A stretch of 32,000 nucleotides of DNA from Geobacter metallireducens GS-15 (GTDB taxonomy: Bacteria > Desulfobacterota > Desulfuromonadia > Geobacterales > Geobacteraceae): NCBI RefSeq assembly GCF_000012925.1, contig NC_007517.1, positions 3,390,001-3,422,000 of the forward strand. The letters are read 5' to 3'. The position numbers were made by a program, and so were the translations under genes. The notes under the pieces were generated by a model, which worked only from the letters and a program-made list of their open reading frames with translations, had not been told where the DNA came from and made no database searches. Positions within the stretch are counted from its first letter, which is position 1. Every line of letters starts with the position of its first letter. This document shows, piece after piece, positions 7,542 to 16,854 of this stretch.

Positions 7542-7597
7542 TTTGCCTCCACCACCTTGAATCTATCGCCTCACGGCAGAAGGAGCACGCACCACCC

Positions 7598-9394
7598 ATG
7601 CAAGAACGGATCAGGAACATCGCCATCATCGCCCACGTCGACCACGGCAAAACCACGCTGGTCGACGCCATGCTGAAGCACGCGGGGGTCTTCCGCGAGA
7701 ATGAGGCCATCACCGAGCGGGTCATGGACTCCAACGACCTGGAGAAGGAGCGGGGGATCACCATCCTCGCCAAGAACCTCTCGGTGCACCATGGCCGCTA
7801 CAAGATCAATATCATCGACACCCCTGGCCACGCCGACTTCGGCGGCGAGGTGGAGCGGGTGCTCAAGATGGTGGACTCGGTGCTCCTGCTGGTGGATGCC
7901 CTGGACGGCCCCATGCCCCAGACCCGTTTCGTGCTCAAGAAATCCCTCGATCTGGGCCTGAAGCCCATCGTAGTCATCAACAAGATCGACCGCCCCGGTT
8001 CCCGTCCCGACGAAGTCGTCGATATGGTCTTCGACCTCTTCTGTGAGCTGAACGCCAACGACGAGCAGCTGGATTTCCCCATCGTCTACACCAGTGCCAA
8101 GCTCGGTTTCGCCAAACTGGACCTCACCTCCGACTCATCCAGCATGGAACCCCTCTTCGCCGTGGTGGAATCCAATGTCCGCCCCCCCTCCGGCGATGCC
8201 AAATTACCGTTCCAGTTGCTGGTCACCAACATTGATTACAACGAATACATCGGCCGCATCGCCACGGGCAAGGTCTTCAACGGCAGCGTCAAGAGCGGCG
8301 AAACCGTGGCGCTGGTGCGCCGCGACGGCAGCATCGTCAGGAGCCGCATCTCGAAACTCCTGGGCTACGAGGGGCTCAAGCAGGTAGAGGTTCCGGAAGC
8401 GTGCACCGGCGACATCGTCACCGTGGCCGGCTTTGATGAGGTGGGTATCGGCGAAACCCTGGCAGCCGCCGACAATCCCGTGGCCCTCCCCTACGTCTCC
8501 ATCGACGAGCCGACCATCGCCATGAATTTCATCGTCAACTCCTCCCCCTTCGCCGGCAAGGAGGGGAAATTCGTCACCTCCCGCAACATCCGTGACCGCC
8601 TCGACAAGGAGTTGCGGACCAACGTGTCGCTGCGCGTCGAGGATACCGGGAACGCCGACACCTTCAAGGTCTCGGGTCGCGGCGAGCTCCACCTCTCCAT
8701 CCTCATCGAGAACATGCGGCGCGAAGGGTTCGAGATGGCGGTCTCCAAGCCCGAGGTCATCATGCGGGAGTTGGACGGCAAGAAGATGGAGCCCATGGAG
8801 TACCTGGTGGTGGACGTCCCCTCCGAGTTCCAGGGGTCCATCATCGAGAAGATGGGACCCCGCAAGGGTGAGATGACCTCCATGCAGCCCATGGGGGAGA
8901 CGGTGCGCCTTGAGTTCATCGTGCCGGCCCGGGGACTCATCGGCCTGCGGGGCGAGCTCCTCACCGAGACCCGGGGCACCGCGGTCATGACCCACACCTT
9001 CCACGACTACGCCCCCTACAAGGGCGACATCCCGGGACGCAAGAACGGGGTCCTCATCGCCATGGAGAACGGCGAGACCACCGCCTACTCCCTGGACGGC
9101 CTCCAGCCCCGGGGCATCCTCTTCATCGGGGCAGGAGTCGAGGTCTACGGTGGCATGATCATCGGCCAGCACGCCAAGGACAACGACCTGGACGTGAACC
9201 CCTGCAAGGGGAAGAAGCTCACCAACGTCCGGGCCTCGGGCTCCGACGACGCCATCAAGCTCACCCCGCCCCGCATCCTGACCCTGGAGCAGGCCCTGGA
9301 GTTCATCGACGACGATGAGCTGGTGGAGGTAACCCCCCAGTCGATCCGGCTCCGGAAGAAGGAGCTGGACCCGAACCGGCGCAAGCGCAAGTAA
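7598..9394 (+). CDS. typA: Translational GTPase TypA/BipA
   Basis: Starts [26 protein letters not shown], with [14 protein letters not shown] and NKIDR. GAAGGAG Shine-Dalgarno sequence upstream. The track ORF from 7481 (TTG) is an in-frame extension through the leader. Confidence 0.95.
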   Translation: MQERIRNIAIIAHVDHGKTTLVDAMLKHAGVFRENEAITERVMDSNDLEKERGITILAKNLSVHHGRYKINIIDTPGHADFGGEVERVLKMVDSVLLLVDALDGPMPQTRFVLKKSLDLGLKPIVVINKIDRPGSRPDEVVDMVFDLFCELNANDEQLDFPIVYTSAKLGFAKLDLTSDSSSMEPLFAVVESNVRPPSGDAKLPFQLLVTNIDYNEYIGRIATGKVFNGSVKSGETVALVRRDGSIVRSRISKLLGYEGLKQVEVPEACTGDIVTVAGFDEVGIGETLAAADNPVALPYVSIDEPTIAMNFIVNSSPFAGKEGKFVTSRNIRDRLDKELRTNVSLRVEDTGNADTFKVSGRGELHLSILIENMRREGFEMAVSKPEVIMRELDGKKMEPMEYLVVDVPSEFQGSIIEKMGPRKGEMTSMQPMGETVRLEFIVPARGLIGLRGELLTETRGTAVMTHTFHDYAPYKGDIPGRKNGVLIAMENGETTAYSLDGLQPRGILFIGAGVEVYGGMIIGQHAKDNDLDVNPCKGKKLTNVRASGSDDAIKLTPPRILTLEQALEFIDDDELVEVTPQSIRLRKKELDPNRRKRK

Positions 9395-9402
9395 CGCATC
9401 TG

Positions 9403-9447
9403 CCGTCCCGCCCTCTGGGCGACTGTTGGCCCCAGGGGACGGGACGG
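9403..9447 (+). terminator. Possible typA terminator (long GC-rich hairpin, weak U tract)
   Basis: CCGTCCCG (9403..9410) pairs with CGGGACGG (9440..9447), with further inner pairing. It is followed by aactttgcgtt. Confidence 0.35.
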
Positions 9448-9456
9448 AACTTTGCG

Positions 9457-9494
9457 TTGACTTTATCAGGGGATTTCACTACTTTTCCCCTGAT
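9457..9494 (+). promoter_or_regulatory. Candidate bamD-operon promoter overlapped by a perfect 9-bp inverted repeat
   Basis: TTGACT (9457..9462), 17-nt spacer, TACTTT (9480..9485). The inverted repeat is ATCAGGGGA (9465..9473) and TCCCCTGAT (9486..9494). Confidence 0.35.
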
Positions 9495-9517
9495 ACCAGA
9501 TCGGAAGGCGGGACCCC

Positions 9518-10267
9518 ATGAACCGTATCCAGAGACGCTCTCTTTTCCCTCTCCTCCTCGTCCTTGTGGTCGCCGGCTGCGCCACCACTCCGGACGCGGT
9601 GAGCCGCAATCCCGAATCCATGGCCAAGGCGGCGGAAGAGTTCCAGACCTCCGGCCGCTACGAGGACGCCATCGCCCAGTGGAAGAAGGTGCGGGAGAGC
9701 TATGCCTCGCCGGAACTCACCACCGAGGCCGAGCTTAAGATCGCCGACGCCCAATTCGCCGACAAGAGCTACATCGAGGCGGCCGCCTCCTACGAAGAGT
9801 TCCGCAAGCTCCACCCCAACCACGAAAAGGCTCCCTACGCCCTCTACCGTCAGGCTCTCAGCCAATACGAGCAGATCACCGGCATCGACACCGACCAGAC
9901 GCCGGTATCCAACGCGGTGACCCTGTTCGAATCGTTCCTCCGGATCTACCCGTCCTCCGAGTACGCCGCGGAGGTGCGGGACAAGCTCGAAGTCTGCCGC
10001 CTCAAGCAGGTGGAGCACGAAATCTATGTGGGGCGGTTCTACTACCGTACTGACCAGTACGGGGCAGCCATCAAGCGCCTGGAGGATGCCCTGAAGAAGT
10101 ATCCCCGCTCGCCGGCCCACGACGAAACCCTCTTCTATCTGGGGTCGGCCTATATCCGCACCGGCGACAAGGCCAAAGGGCGCGATGCCTTCCAGCGCCT
10201 CTTCGCCGAGTACCGGACGAGCAAATACGTGGACGAGGCCCGGAAGTTCATGGATAAGAACTTCTGA
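9518..10267 (+). CDS. bamD: Outer-membrane protein assembly factor BamD (YfiO-type TPR lipoprotein)
   Basis: Lipobox LVVAGC, followed by TPR-like repeats typical of BamD (GRYEDAIAQWKKV..., ADAQFADKSYIEAAASYEEF, YYRTDQYGAAIKRLEDAL). Confidence 0.85.
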   Translation: MNRIQRRSLFPLLLVLVVAGCATTPDAVSRNPESMAKAAEEFQTSGRYEDAIAQWKKVRESYASPELTTEAELKIADAQFADKSYIEAAASYEEFRKLHPNHEKAPYALYRQALSQYEQITGIDTDQTPVSNAVTLFESFLRIYPSSEYAAEVRDKLEVCRLKQVEHEIYVGRFYYRTDQYGAAIKRLEDALKKYPRSPAHDETLFYLGSAYIRTGDKAKGRDAFQRLFAEYRTSKYVDEARKFMDKNF

Positions 10268-10659
10268 TGCGCGCTCCGCTGGTAGCCCTGCTCCTCCTGG
10301 CCCTTGCCGGCTGCGCCCGGGAAGATCGCTCCATCGAAGAGGTGCTGCGGCAGCGGGAACGGGCACTGGCAACGGCCGACGTTGCCCGCTACGCATCGCT
10401 CATCTCCCCCGCTTACCGGGACAAGGGCATTGACGCCCGGACCAAGCGGGCTGAGATCGCAAAAACCCTCGCCGCCTTTGGCCCCGTCTCCTACCGCTCG
10501 CTCAGCCGCGCCATTGCGGTCAATGGCGATAACGCCACGGTGAACAGTCGCTACGCCATGAAGGTGACGACCGCCGGGAAACCCCTGGAACTTTCCGGCG
10601 AAGAGACCATCCTGCTCCATCGCGAGGCCAAGGACTGGAAGATCGTCGGAGGCATCTGA
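10267..10659 (+). CDS. Small lipoprotein, possibly NTF2/SnoaL-like fold
   Basis: 130 aa with lipobox LALAGC. The start overlaps the bamD stop (TGATG). The fold assignment is tentative. Confidence 0.7.
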   Translation: MRAPLVALLLLALAGCAREDRSIEEVLRQRERALATADVARYASLISPAYRDKGIDARTKRAEIAKTLAAFGPVSYRSLSRAIAVNGDNATVNSRYAMKVTTAGKPLELSGEETILLHREAKDWKIVGGI

Positions 10660-10666
10660 CCGCCCC

Positions 10667-11041
10667 ATGCTGACCATTGTTGCCATAGCCCTTTTCGGCG
10701 CCCTCGGCTGCCTTGCCCGCTACCTCCTCGCGGGATGGGTCTACGCCTTTGTCGGCAGGGGATTCCCCTACGGTACCCTGACGGTGAACGTGGTAGGAGC
10801 CTTTCTCATCGGCCTCATCATGGAGTTCAGCCTCCGGACGACCCTCATTCCCCAGGAACTGCGGATCGGGCTCACCATCGGCTTCCTCGGGGGGCTCACC
10901 ACCTTCTCCACCTTCAGCTACGAAACGTTCCGGCTCCTGGAAGACGGCGAGTTCATCACCGCGGCCGTGAACGTCCTTGCCAGCGTGCTGGTCTGCCTCG
11001 CCTGCACCTGGCTCGGCATCATGACGGCACGGCACCTGTAA
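10667..11041 (+). CDS. crcB: Fluoride ion channel CrcB/FluC
   Basis: 124 aa with four TM segments. Motifs: GALGCLARY, GTLTVNVVGAFLIG, GFLGGLTTFSTFSYE. Confidence 0.92.
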   Translation: MLTIVAIALFGALGCLARYLLAGWVYAFVGRGFPYGTLTVNVVGAFLIGLIMEFSLRTTLIPQELRIGLTIGFLGGLTTFSTFSYETFRLLEDGEFITAAVNVLASVLVCLACTWLGIMTARHL

Positions 11042-11052
11042 CGGGAGATCCC

Positions 11053-11397
11053 ATGACCAAACTCATCGGCGAACAGGTTCTCATGCGCATCTTCATCGGC
11101 GAAGGGGACAAGCATGGCCGCAAGCCCCTCCACGAAGCCCTCGTGGAACTCTTCCGGCAGGAGGGTTTCGCGGGAGCCACGGTGCTGCGGGGAGTGGCCG
11201 GCTTCGGTGCCCGCAGCGTCTACCACACCGACAAGCTCCTCCGGCTCTCCGCTGACCTTCCCCTCGTGGTGGAAGTGGTGGATTCCCAGGAGCGGTTCGA
11301 CGCCATCATGCCGAAGATTGATGCCATGATGAGCGGCGGGATGATTACGCTGGAAAAGGCCACGGTCATCCACTACGACCATCGCAGGGAGGAGTAA
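11053..11397 (+). CDS. DUF190-family protein (commonly linked to crcB)
   Basis: 114 aa: MRIFIGEGDKHGRKPLHEALVELFRQEGFAGATVLRGVAGFG...LPLVVEVVD. It starts 11 nt after crcB. Confidence 0.8.
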   Translation: MTKLIGEQVLMRIFIGEGDKHGRKPLHEALVELFRQEGFAGATVLRGVAGFGARSVYHTDKLLRLSADLPLVVEVVDSQERFDAIMPKIDAMMSGGMITLEKATVIHYDHRREE

Positions 11398-11403
11398 CAT
11401 CCC

Positions 11404-11922
11404 ATGAAGTCAGACGCGAAGCGCCTCGCAGCCGAGATGGCGGCGATCGTCCTCATAGCCGCCGTGATCGGCATCGCCTGGAACCACCGGCTCCTCCTGA
11501 ACGTCTTCCGGGGAGAAGGGGTCAAGGCCCAGCAAACGCCCGCGGCGCCCAAGGGTGCCCCGGCAGCGGCCCCAACTGCGGCCGCAGCCCTCCCCCTGGG
11601 GCTCATGCAGGTGAAGGAGCTCTTCGATACCGGCGAGGCGATCATCATCGACGCCCGGGACCGGGAGGCCTACCGCAAGGGTCACATAAAGGGCGCCATG
11701 TCTCTCCCCGTGGGTGAGGCCGGCGGTCTCATCACTCCCTTTGCCGACCGGACTCCCAAGGACAAACTCCTCGTGGTTTACTGCGGCGGCTACGACTGCC
11801 ATGACAGTAAACTCCTGGGCGAGAAACTCCTGGCGGCCGGCTTCACCCAGGTCTTCGTCTACGAGGGGGGATACCCCGAGTGGCAGGACGCGGGCCACCC
11901 CGTGACGAAGGGGGACAAGTAA
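11404..11922 (+). CDS. Membrane-anchored rhodanese-domain sulfurtransferase
   Basis: N-terminal TM helix, an Ala/Pro-rich linker, then a rhodanese domain (IIIDARDREAYRKGHIKGA, VVYCGGYDCHDS, GGYPEWQDAG). Confidence 0.85.
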   Translation: MKSDAKRLAAEMAAIVLIAAVIGIAWNHRLLLNVFRGEGVKAQQTPAAPKGAPAAAPTAAAALPLGLMQVKELFDTGEAIIIDARDREAYRKGHIKGAMSLPVGEAGGLITPFADRTPKDKLLVVYCGGYDCHDSKLLGEKLLAAGFTQVFVYEGGYPEWQDAGHPVTKGDK

Positions 11923-12338
11923 TGGAACCGGTCAAGAAACACCTCACCGCGGTCCTCCGGGTGGGTCTCGGTGCCCTCTTCCTCTACGCCGGAGTCATCA
12001 AGATCATCACCCCAGCGGCCTTTGCCGGCAGCATCGCCAACTACCAGGTCCTCCCCTATGCCGGCAACTACTTGGTGGCGGCCATCCTGCCGTGGGTCGA
12101 GGTCATCTGCGGCGCCCTCCTCGTCACCGGTTGGCGAGCCCGGAGCGCGGCGGCCCTCGTGGCCTGCATGAATGCGTTTTTCATCGTCCTCCTCTTCTCC
12201 ACGGTTGTGCGGGGCCTCGATATCGACTGCGGCTGCTTCAAGCAGGGGGGAGAGAAGACCACGGCCTGGACCGCCATCTTCCGGGACACCATGCTCCTGG
12301 TGGCCGCCGTCTTCGTCTACCGGAGGGGGACAAAGTAA
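11922..12338 (+). CDS. MauE/DoxX-family membrane protein
   Basis: 138 aa and multi-TM, with the family motif GLDIDCGCF. The ATG overlaps the rhodanese stop (TAATG). Confidence 0.8.
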   Translation: MEPVKKHLTAVLRVGLGALFLYAGVIKIITPAAFAGSIANYQVLPYAGNYLVAAILPWVEVICGALLVTGWRARSAAALVACMNAFFIVLLFSTVVRGLDIDCGCFKQGGEKTTAWTAIFRDTMLLVAAVFVYRRGTK

Positions 12339-12409
12339 GCCGCACCCTTGCCCCTGGCGCTGAATTAGGGTACTATTCCCGGCGTTTTTATGACTTGTCG
12401 GAGTTGCAC

Positions 12410-12994
<585 letters not shown>

Positions 12995-13020
12995 CACGCA
13001 CTCAGTGATACCCTGCTTCC

Positions 13021-14097
13021 ATGGAAGAGTCCATACCACCAAAAGATACCCCCGGCGAAACCGGTGATCAGCCGCCCCGGCGTTTCGTACTGAAAGATCG
13101 CCGTATTCTGGCGGCGTCGGCCCTTGCCCTCCTTCTGCTCCTGGTCCTCCCTGCCCGCTATCTATTCTTTCTCGCCCTACCTGCCGGCGACGGCAAGACA
13201 GTGCGGATCGTCGACTTTGCGAAGGGGGAATCGGTCGCCAGGATCGCCGCCGACCTCGAACGGGACGGGATTGTCTCCAGTGCCCGCATCTTTGTCATCC
13301 ATACCCGTCTCAAGGGAGTATCAGGAAAACTCCAGGCAGGGGAATACCAGTTCAGCAACGGAATGCGGCCCGGGGAAATCCTCCGCATGATGCTCAACGG
13401 TGAGGTCGCGGTGCGCCGGTTCGCCGTCCCCGAAGGATACTCCATCCACCAACTGGCAGAACTCCTTGAGAGTCAGAAACTCTTTAGCAAAGAAGGGTTC
13501 CTCAAGGCTGCCACCGACCCTGCGCTCCTGACCGAACTGGGGATTGAGGGGAAAAGCGTCGAAGGGTATCTCTTCCCGAGCACCTACGATGTGACGCGCA
13601 CCATGGACGAGGCAGCACTTATCAGGGCCATGACGGCCCAGTTCCACAAGGTCTGCGATGGTCAACTCGCCGACGCTGCGCGCCGCATCGGCATGACCCC
13701 CTTTCAGGTTGTAACCCTCGCCTCTCTCATCGAGAAAGAGGCTGTAGTTGCCACGGATCGCCCACTCATCTCGTCGGTCTTTCACAACCGGCTTGCCAAG
13801 GGAATGCGCCTCCAGAGCGACCCCACCGCCGTCTACGGCGTCAGGGCCTTCGCCAGCGCCGTCACGAAGCAGGACATCGAGCGCCAAACGCCCTACAACA
13901 CCTATCTCATTGCCGGGCTCCCCCCCGGCCCCATCGGCAATCCAAGCAAGGGAGCGATTGAGGCCGCCCTCAACCCGGTCCGCACCCGCTACCTGTACTT
14001 CGTATCAAAGAAAGACGGCACCCATCACTTCTCCACCAGCCTCGACGAGCACAACGCCGCTGTCGCCACCTACCTGAAGACGAACCGTGGCAACTGA
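13021..14097 (+). CDS. mltG: Endolytic murein transglycosylase MltG (YceG family)
   Basis: 358 aa. N-terminal TM helix and YceG motifs: LQAGEYQF, EGYLFPSTY, ASLIEKEA, VFHNRL...MRLQSDPT, NTYLIAGLPPGPIGNP. Confidence 0.9.
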   Translation: MEESIPPKDTPGETGDQPPRRFVLKDRRILAASALALLLLLVLPARYLFFLALPAGDGKTVRIVDFAKGESVARIAADLERDGIVSSARIFVIHTRLKGVSGKLQAGEYQFSNGMRPGEILRMMLNGEVAVRRFAVPEGYSIHQLAELLESQKLFSKEGFLKAATDPALLTELGIEGKSVEGYLFPSTYDVTRTMDEAALIRAMTAQFHKVCDGQLADAARRIGMTPFQVVTLASLIEKEAVVATDRPLISSVFHNRLAKGMRLQSDPTAVYGVRAFASAVTKQDIERQTPYNTYLIAGLPPGPIGNPSKGAIEAALNPVRTRYLYFVSKKDGTHHFSTSLDEHNAAVATYLKTNRGN

Positions 14098-14170
14098 ACA
14101 GCGCTAACCAGTGCGACCGGAACCGAAACCCAGGGACACCGGCCTGTCAGCAATAGTGTTCGCGCGCCTC

Positions 14171-14220
14171 CAAAAACAAAAAACCCCGCCGTTTCGTACG
14201 GCGGGGTTTCGTGCTTTTTT
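14171..14220. terminator. Bidirectional intrinsic terminator between mltG and sfrA
   Basis: Stem CCCCGCCG (14184..14191) pairs with CGGCGGGG (14199..14206). It is flanked by an A-run on the left and TTTcgtgcTTTTTT on the right, so it gives a U tract on both strands. Confidence 0.85.
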
Positions 14221-14237
14221 CTCGGGCAAAAGGCCGG

Positions 14238-16733
14238 TTACGCCTTTTCCACCTTTACCGGCACCACACCGGCCCCTTTCCCGAGGAGGGCATTGACGTT
14301 CATGGCGCGGAAATGGGAAGGCGCGAAGAGGAGACCAGCCTGTACCTTACCCGAAACCCGCGCGGGGGCGTTTACACTCACAGCACCCGCAGAGATACGA
14401 AGCGAGGAACCGTCCGACACGCCCAGCCTGGCGGCGTCGTCGGGGTGGATCTCCACGTAGCCGGCCGGCACAATCTCAAGGTTGTTCTTCGACCAGGTGG
14501 TGGTGGTGCCGCTATGGTAAAGGATAGCGCCAGCAAGAAGCAGAGGGGCCTGCTGAGACTGAACCGGACGTACATCCTTCGAAACGGCGAGGGAAACCGG
14601 CCCAGCGGAAGGGAAGCCCGCCGGCAGTACCACATCGGCCCCGTACCCTGGAACGAGTGCCGTAATCTCGGCCATGATCGATGCCGGGGACGCCGGACGG
14701 CTCTCACCCGTCAGCCGGTTACAGAGTTCGGTCAGAATGTCCCAGTCCTCGCGGGCCTCGCCAGGAGGGTTGGCTGCCTTGGCAATGGACTGGACTCGGC
14801 CGTCAATGGTGGTGAAGGTTCCGCTCTTTTCTGCCGCCACCGAAGAGGGGAGGACAATATGGGCCTGCTTCGCCGACTCGCCGGGGAACGGGTCCTGGAC
14901 GATGAGAAGCTCCAGCTTGCCGAGGGCTGCCCGAATCCTCTCGCCCTCGGGGAAGGAGGCGACGGGATCACACCCGAGGAGATAGAGGGCCTTGACGCTT
15001 CCCTGCTCGATCCCCTCGACGATCTGCCAGAGATCCTTGCCCGCAACCGCCGGTGCCGCGTACCCCGGAAGCATGTCAGGTGCAACGCCCATGTCGAGGA
15101 GACCGCGGATATTGGTCTTTTCATAGACAGGGAAAAGGCCCCCCGTTTCCTTGCCGAGGGCACCCAGGACGATGGCAAGATTCGCGAGAGCATTCACGGC
15201 TTCATCGGCTCCGCTACTCCGCATAAGATCGGCGCCGAAGAGAACGGCCACGCTCTTTTTCTTGCCGAGCAGCCGGGCGGCAGCGCGAAGCTCGGCCTCG
15301 GACAGACCGACGGCAGCTGCGGCATCGGCAACCGATACGGTGCCGAGGGCTGCAGTCAGTTCGGCCAGGTTGGCAATGCGGGCTGAGGCAAAATCGTTGT
15401 CCTGCAGACCTTCGTCGAGCACGACCCGTGTGAGGGCATTGATGAGGGCCAGCTCGCTCCCCGGCCGGTACTTGAGGTGGCTGTTGGCAAACTTCTTCAG
15501 TTTCACGTCCCGCATGTTCGCGAGGACCAGCTTTGCGTCGTTCTTGGTGGCAGCCTTGATTACCCGATACTCTATGCCGGTTGCCTCGGCGTTCAGATCG
15601 CAACCGAAGACAAGAATTGCACCGGCCCTGTCAATGGCGTCGATGGTGGCGCTGGCGCCCCGAAGGCCCAACCGCTCACGGAGCGCCTTCTGGGCCTGGG
15701 CAAAGCCAAGCCGCGCCTCGGAATCGATGTTGCCACTCCCCAAGGCGTTCCGGAAGAGTTTCTGGAAGAGGTAGCTCTCCTCGTTGGTGACCCGCGGCGA
15801 ACCGAAACCAGCCACTGCGTCAGGACCATAATTGGCGACGATCTCCTTGAGCCCCGTCGCGGCAGTCCCCATGGCGGCGTTCCAGTCCACCTTCTCGCCC
15901 CGCACCAGGGGCTGTGTCAGGCGGTCGGAGGAATTGATGTAGCTGTACCCGAAACGGCCGTTGATGCAGAGATTGCCGCTGTTGAAGTTATCGTCGTCGC
16001 TCGTGACCCTTTCGACGCGGCCGTTGCGGGTGTGATACTCGATCTGGCATCCGGTGGAGCAAAAGGCACAGACGCTCTTGGTTACGGTAAAGGCCCAGGG
16101 ACGGCCACGGAATTTAAAAGGCTTGCTGATGAGGGTACCGGTGGGGCAGGCACCGACACAGTTGCCGCAGAATTCGCAGTTGAGGGGCTTGCCGTCAATG
16201 GTATCGATGATCGTCGCCTCGCCCCGGTTCACCACGGCAATGGCATCGCATCCCACGACCTCGTGGTCGACCTTGACGCACTTCTCGCAGAGAATGCAGC
16301 GGTTCGGATCGCTCTCGATGAGGGGCCAGTTGTAGCGGATCTCCCGCCGTTCCAGGAGCGCCGAGTATTCCTGGCGTGATGCCCCCAGACCGTAGCAGGA
16401 GTTCTGAAGATCACACTCGCCGCCGGCGTCGCAGACGGGGCAGTCGAGGGGGTGGTTGACCAGCATCAGCTCCATGATCTTCTGACGGATCCGGGAGAGC
16501 TTCTCCGACTGGGTCGTTACCTTGATTCCCTCCTTGACCGGCGTGTTGCAGGCGGTCATGGGGCGGTCGACACCCTCCACCTCCACCGCGCAGACGCGGC
16601 ACGCGCCTGTTGGCGATACCTTCTTGAGCCAGCAGAGAGTCGGTATCGTGATGCCAAGCTGCGCCGCCGCGTCAAGGATGGTGCTCCCCTTGGCTACCGA
16701 GATGTCCTTCCCGTCGATTGTAAGACTGACCAT
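14238..16733 (-). CDS. sfrA: SfrA: molybdopterin-oxidoreductase-like (formate dehydrogenase alpha / NuoG-like) subunit of the NADPH oxidoreductase SfrAB
   Basis: N-terminal 2Fe-2S domain (MVSLTIDGKDI...CRVCAVEV), His/Cys and 2x[4Fe-4S] motifs, the CAFCSTGC cluster of the MopB domain, and a C-terminal MopB barrel. The ATG at 16733 has an AGGGGTGA Shine-Dalgarno sequence. The GTG at 16775 is an alternative start. Confidence 0.9.
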   Translation of the reverse strand: MVSLTIDGKDISVAKGSTILDAAAQLGITIPTLCWLKKVSPTGACRVCAVEVEGVDRPMTACNTPVKEGIKVTTQSEKLSRIRQKIMELMLVNHPLDCPVCDAGGECDLQNSCYGLGASRQEYSALLERREIRYNWPLIESDPNRCILCEKCVKVDHEVVGCDAIAVVNRGEATIIDTIDGKPLNCEFCGNCVGACPTGTLISKPFKFRGRPWAFTVTKSVCAFCSTGCQIEYHTRNGRVERVTSDDDNFNSGNLCINGRFGYSYINSSDRLTQPLVRGEKVDWNAAMGTAATGLKEIVANYGPDAVAGFGSPRVTNEESYLFQKLFRNALGSGNIDSEARLGFAQAQKALRERLGLRGASATIDAIDRAGAILVFGCDLNAEATGIEYRVIKAATKNDAKLVLANMRDVKLKKFANSHLKYRPGSELALINALTRVVLDEGLQDNDFASARIANLAELTAALGTVSVADAAAAVGLSEAELRAAARLLGKKKSVAVLFGADLMRSSGADEAVNALANLAIVLGALGKETGGLFPVYEKTNIRGLLDMGVAPDMLPGYAAPAVAGKDLWQIVEGIEQGSVKALYLLGCDPVASFPEGERIRAALGKLELLIVQDPFPGESAKQAHIVLPSSVAAEKSGTFTTIDGRVQSIAKAANPPGEAREDWDILTELCNRLTGESRPASPASIMAEITALVPGYGADVVLPAGFPSAGPVSLAVSKDVRPVQSQQAPLLLAGAILYHSGTTTTWSKNNLEIVPAGYVEIHPDDAARLGVSDGSSLRISAGAVSVNAPARVSGKVQAGLLFAPSHFRAMNVNALLGKGAGVVPVKVEKA

Positions 16734-16854
16734 ATCCGTTTCACCCCTGGAAAGCGGCCCAGACCCGGGACACACCAGCGCCCGGGGTCGTCACCGACTC
16801 CCGGGCCGCCATGGCCCCGGCCTTGGGCCGAAGTGACATGCTGACTTGTGTGGA

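Noticed and set aside
7481-7597. In-frame TTG extension of typA (39 extra codons), and similar 5' extensions of dtd (2133), pabB (3872), the M23 peptidase (7368), DUF190 (10735), mauE (11880), plsY (12092), coaE (21999), iclR (23596), sfrA (16775) and DUF4212 (28154)
   Set aside because: In each case an internal ATG (or GTG) with a good Shine-Dalgarno sequence coincides with the conserved N-terminus of the family or a signal peptide. The extensions overlap upstream genes or regulatory DNA.
10560-10666. Looked for a fluoride (crcB-motif) riboswitch upstream of crcB, and also at 9395..9517
   Set aside because: No GATGG ... AACCGCC ... CTGATGA arrangement is visible. crcB starts 7 nt after the preceding CDS, so there is no room for one. 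An Rfam RF01734 scan is still needed to be certain.
14238-16733. Possible selenocysteine (TGA) recoding or a SECIS element in the formate-dehydrogenase-like SfrA
   Set aside because: The ORF is uninterrupted. The position homologous to the FdhF selenocysteine encodes Gly (GGC at 15707..15705), so no recoding is involved.
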